A stretch of DNA of 64,000 nucleotides. Origin: an uncultured Methanoregulaceae archaeon. Lineage in GTDB: Archaea; Halobacteriota; Methanomicrobia; Methanomicrobiales; Methanospirillaceae. Below are positions 62,148 to 64,000 of the stretch, piece by piece. Where the stretch lies: the NCBI GenBank assembly GCA_963841015.1, contig CAWJAX010000003.1:224001-288000 (forward strand), written 5' to 3'. The notes beneath the pieces were generated by a model. That model saw only the letters and a program-made list of their open reading frames with translations. It made no database searches and was not told where the DNA came from. The stretch's first letter is position 1. Every line of letters starts with the position of its first letter. The position numbers were made by a program, and so were the translations under genes.

Positions 62148-62930
62148 ATGAAACCCTCGATCCTGCTGACCAATGATGATGGCGTGAGTTCTGTCGGGCT
62201 CTGGGCCGCTTACGAAGCCCTTGCACCGATTGCCGATGTGACCGTCGTTGCACCGGCAACCCAGCAGAGTGCAGTCGGGAGATCGATTTCAATCTTTGAA
62301 CCGTTGCGGGCAACCCGGGTTATCATGAATGGGACCCCGGCATGGTCCGTGGCCGGCAAACCCACGGACGCTGTCATTATCGGGCTCTACGCACTCAGGC
62401 TCAGCCCGGCGCTCATTGTAAGCGGAATAAACATTGGCGAGAACCTCTCCTTTGAATCAATTATGACCTCAGGCACTGTTGGTGCTGCCCTGGAAGGATC
62501 CAACCAGGGAACAAAAGGGATTGCATTCTCGCTTCAGGTCGAGGACCAGGGAGACAAATTCGATGACCCCCGTTATCATGGACAAAACTTTGATGCTGCA
62601 AAAGGAATTGTCCGGGATGTTGTATCCCGAATACTGGCCCGGGGCTTCTGTCCTCACGCAGATGTGATCAATGTCAATATTCCCTCAGTCGTGAAAGGTG
62701 GCTATGAAGTCACCCGGCTTGCCCGGAAACTGTTTCATACCGGCGTCGAGAAACGATTTGATCCGCGGGGTCGGCCGTACTTCTGGATCAATGGTCCCCT
62801 TATAGAAGATGCGGAGGAGGGGACTGATGTGCATGCAATCCGCAAAGGAAATGTCTCAATTACCCCCATCACCCTCGATTGCACAGCGTATAAAGCAGAA
62901 GATGAGGCAAGAACACTGTTTTCAGAGTGA
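62148..62930 (+). CDS. surE: 5'/3'-nucleotidase SurE
   Basis: LLTNDDG, VVAP..QSAVG, GKPTD, SGINIGEN, SGTVGAA, NVNIP. Confidence 0.95.
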   Translation: MKPSILLTNDDGVSSVGLWAAYEALAPIADVTVVAPATQQSAVGRSISIFEPLRATRVIMNGTPAWSVAGKPTDAVIIGLYALRLSPALIVSGINIGENLSFESIMTSGTVGAALEGSNQGTKGIAFSLQVEDQGDKFDDPRYHGQNFDAAKGIVRDVVSRILARGFCPHADVINVNIPSVVKGGYEVTRLARKLFHTGVEKRFDPRGRPYFWINGPLIEDAEEGTDVHAIRKGNVSITPITLDCTAYKAEDEARTLFSE

Positions 62931-63102
62931 TTGATTTTTTTATCAATTATTCGATCCGGTGACAGAATACTTCAGACACACAAGATCCGCCGGTTTTTAC
63001 CAAAGGGTTTGCTATTGTCCTCATCCGGTAGATCTCTGGCAGAGAAATCCTGACCAGTATATCGCCAGTATTAATTACGCAAAACCGATAATTATCTGGT
63101 AG

Positions 63103-63816
63103 ATGGACGATACAGTTCAGGCACTTACTGCAGCAAAACGTGCTGCAGGATATCTGGCGGCCGATATGGTCAGGGACGGAATGGTTCTTGGCCTGGGTAC
63201 GGGTTCCACAGTTTTTTATGCCCTTGAACGCTTATCCTGCAGGGTTCAGGAAGGATTACAGATCAAGGGTGTTCCAACTTCGTACCAGACAGCACGTACT
63301 GCTCATGAATACGGCATTCCGCTTACCACGCTTGATGAGGCACCGGTGCTTGACCTTGCCATCGATGGCGCAGACCAGGTTGACCCGTGTCTTCGTCTGA
63401 TAAAAGGCAGGGGTGCTGCACTCACCAGGGAGAAATGCGTTGCCGCAGCTGCAATCCGCTTTGTGGTTGTTGTCGATGAACAGAAAATAGTACCAGTCCT
63501 CTCAGGACTTGTTCCCATTGAAGTGCTCCCCTTTGCCATCCACCCTGTCATGAATCAGCTCCGGAGCCTCGGCTGTATCCCCCGACTTCGTGATGGAATC
63601 AAAAAGGATGGACCGGTCATAACCGACAATGGTAATTTTATCCTTGATTGTCAGTTTAAAGAAATTGCAAATCCAGACGAACTGGAAGATATGATCATAC
63701 GAGTGCCCGGCGTTGTCGAGAGTGGATTATTCTGCAGTTTTACCAGGAAAACCACCGTTATTGTCGGCAATGAAAAAAAGTGCAGGGTGATTACTTCACC
63801 GGACGTATTCCCGTAA
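63103..63816 (+). CDS. rpiA: Ribose-5-phosphate isomerase A
   Basis: GLGTGST, DGADQVD, IKGRGAALTREK, TDNGNFILD. Confidence 0.96.
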   Translation: MDDTVQALTAAKRAAGYLAADMVRDGMVLGLGTGSTVFYALERLSCRVQEGLQIKGVPTSYQTARTAHEYGIPLTTLDEAPVLDLAIDGADQVDPCLRLIKGRGAALTREKCVAAAAIRFVVVVDEQKIVPVLSGLVPIEVLPFAIHPVMNQLRSLGCIPRLRDGIKKDGPVITDNGNFILDCQFKEIANPDELEDMIIRVPGVVESGLFCSFTRKTTVIVGNEKKCRVITSPDVFP

Positions 63817-64000
63817 CTTCTGGACAAGGGCGAGTTGGGTAGTCGCTTCTTTTTTCTTCTCTTTTTCAATACTGTCCATGATTTCCTGGATCGGTCTGGC
63901 CAGCTCATAAATCTTTACCGGGCGCCCTTTACTTTCTGCCTTGCTCTCCCTGCTGGATATCCAGTTTTGGTCTATCAGGTACCGCATGGCAATGCTGACT
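63796..64000 (-). CDS. Winged-helix transcriptional regulator, 3' part (cut by the window edge)
   Basis: VSIAMRYL..WI...KGRPVKIYEL wing motif. Confidence 0.75.
   Translation of the reverse strand, partial: VSIAMRYLIDQNWISSRESKAESKGRPVKIYELARPIQEIMDSIEKEKKKEATTQLALVQKLREYVR

Overview
Archaeal methanogen DNA, most consistent with Methanomicrobiales (Methanoregula-like). Markers: SepCysS, Cys-type F420-dependent FdhAB plus FdhC, methanofuran genes mfnD/mfnF, and a CxxC-type ThiI. Core genes lie at both ends: thiI, ppk2 and pscS at 1-7.9 kb; mre11-rad50-nurA-herA, fdh, mfn, surE and rpiA at 45.7-64 kb. Between them is a ~37 kb accessory patchwork of lipoproteins, small Cys-rich proteins, bacterial-type genes (hss plus ornithine decarboxylase, GH2, LonA) and gene relics. 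Main signals not explained by the gene list: (1) an AT-rich TPR-AAA ATPase cassette between ~116-bp direct repeats that duplicate the 5' end of a CoiA-like nuclease gene; (2) a shared 23-bp palindromic operator at near-identical spacing upstream of both marR and lon; (3) three copies of a ~209-bp structured MITE, one with TIRs and an 8-bp target-site duplication, plus further hairpin repeats. About a dozen genes are split by single-base indels, most likely long-read errors. No rRNA, tRNA, CRISPR array, integrase or intact transposase was seen. All family assignments come from motif recognition by eye, not database searches.
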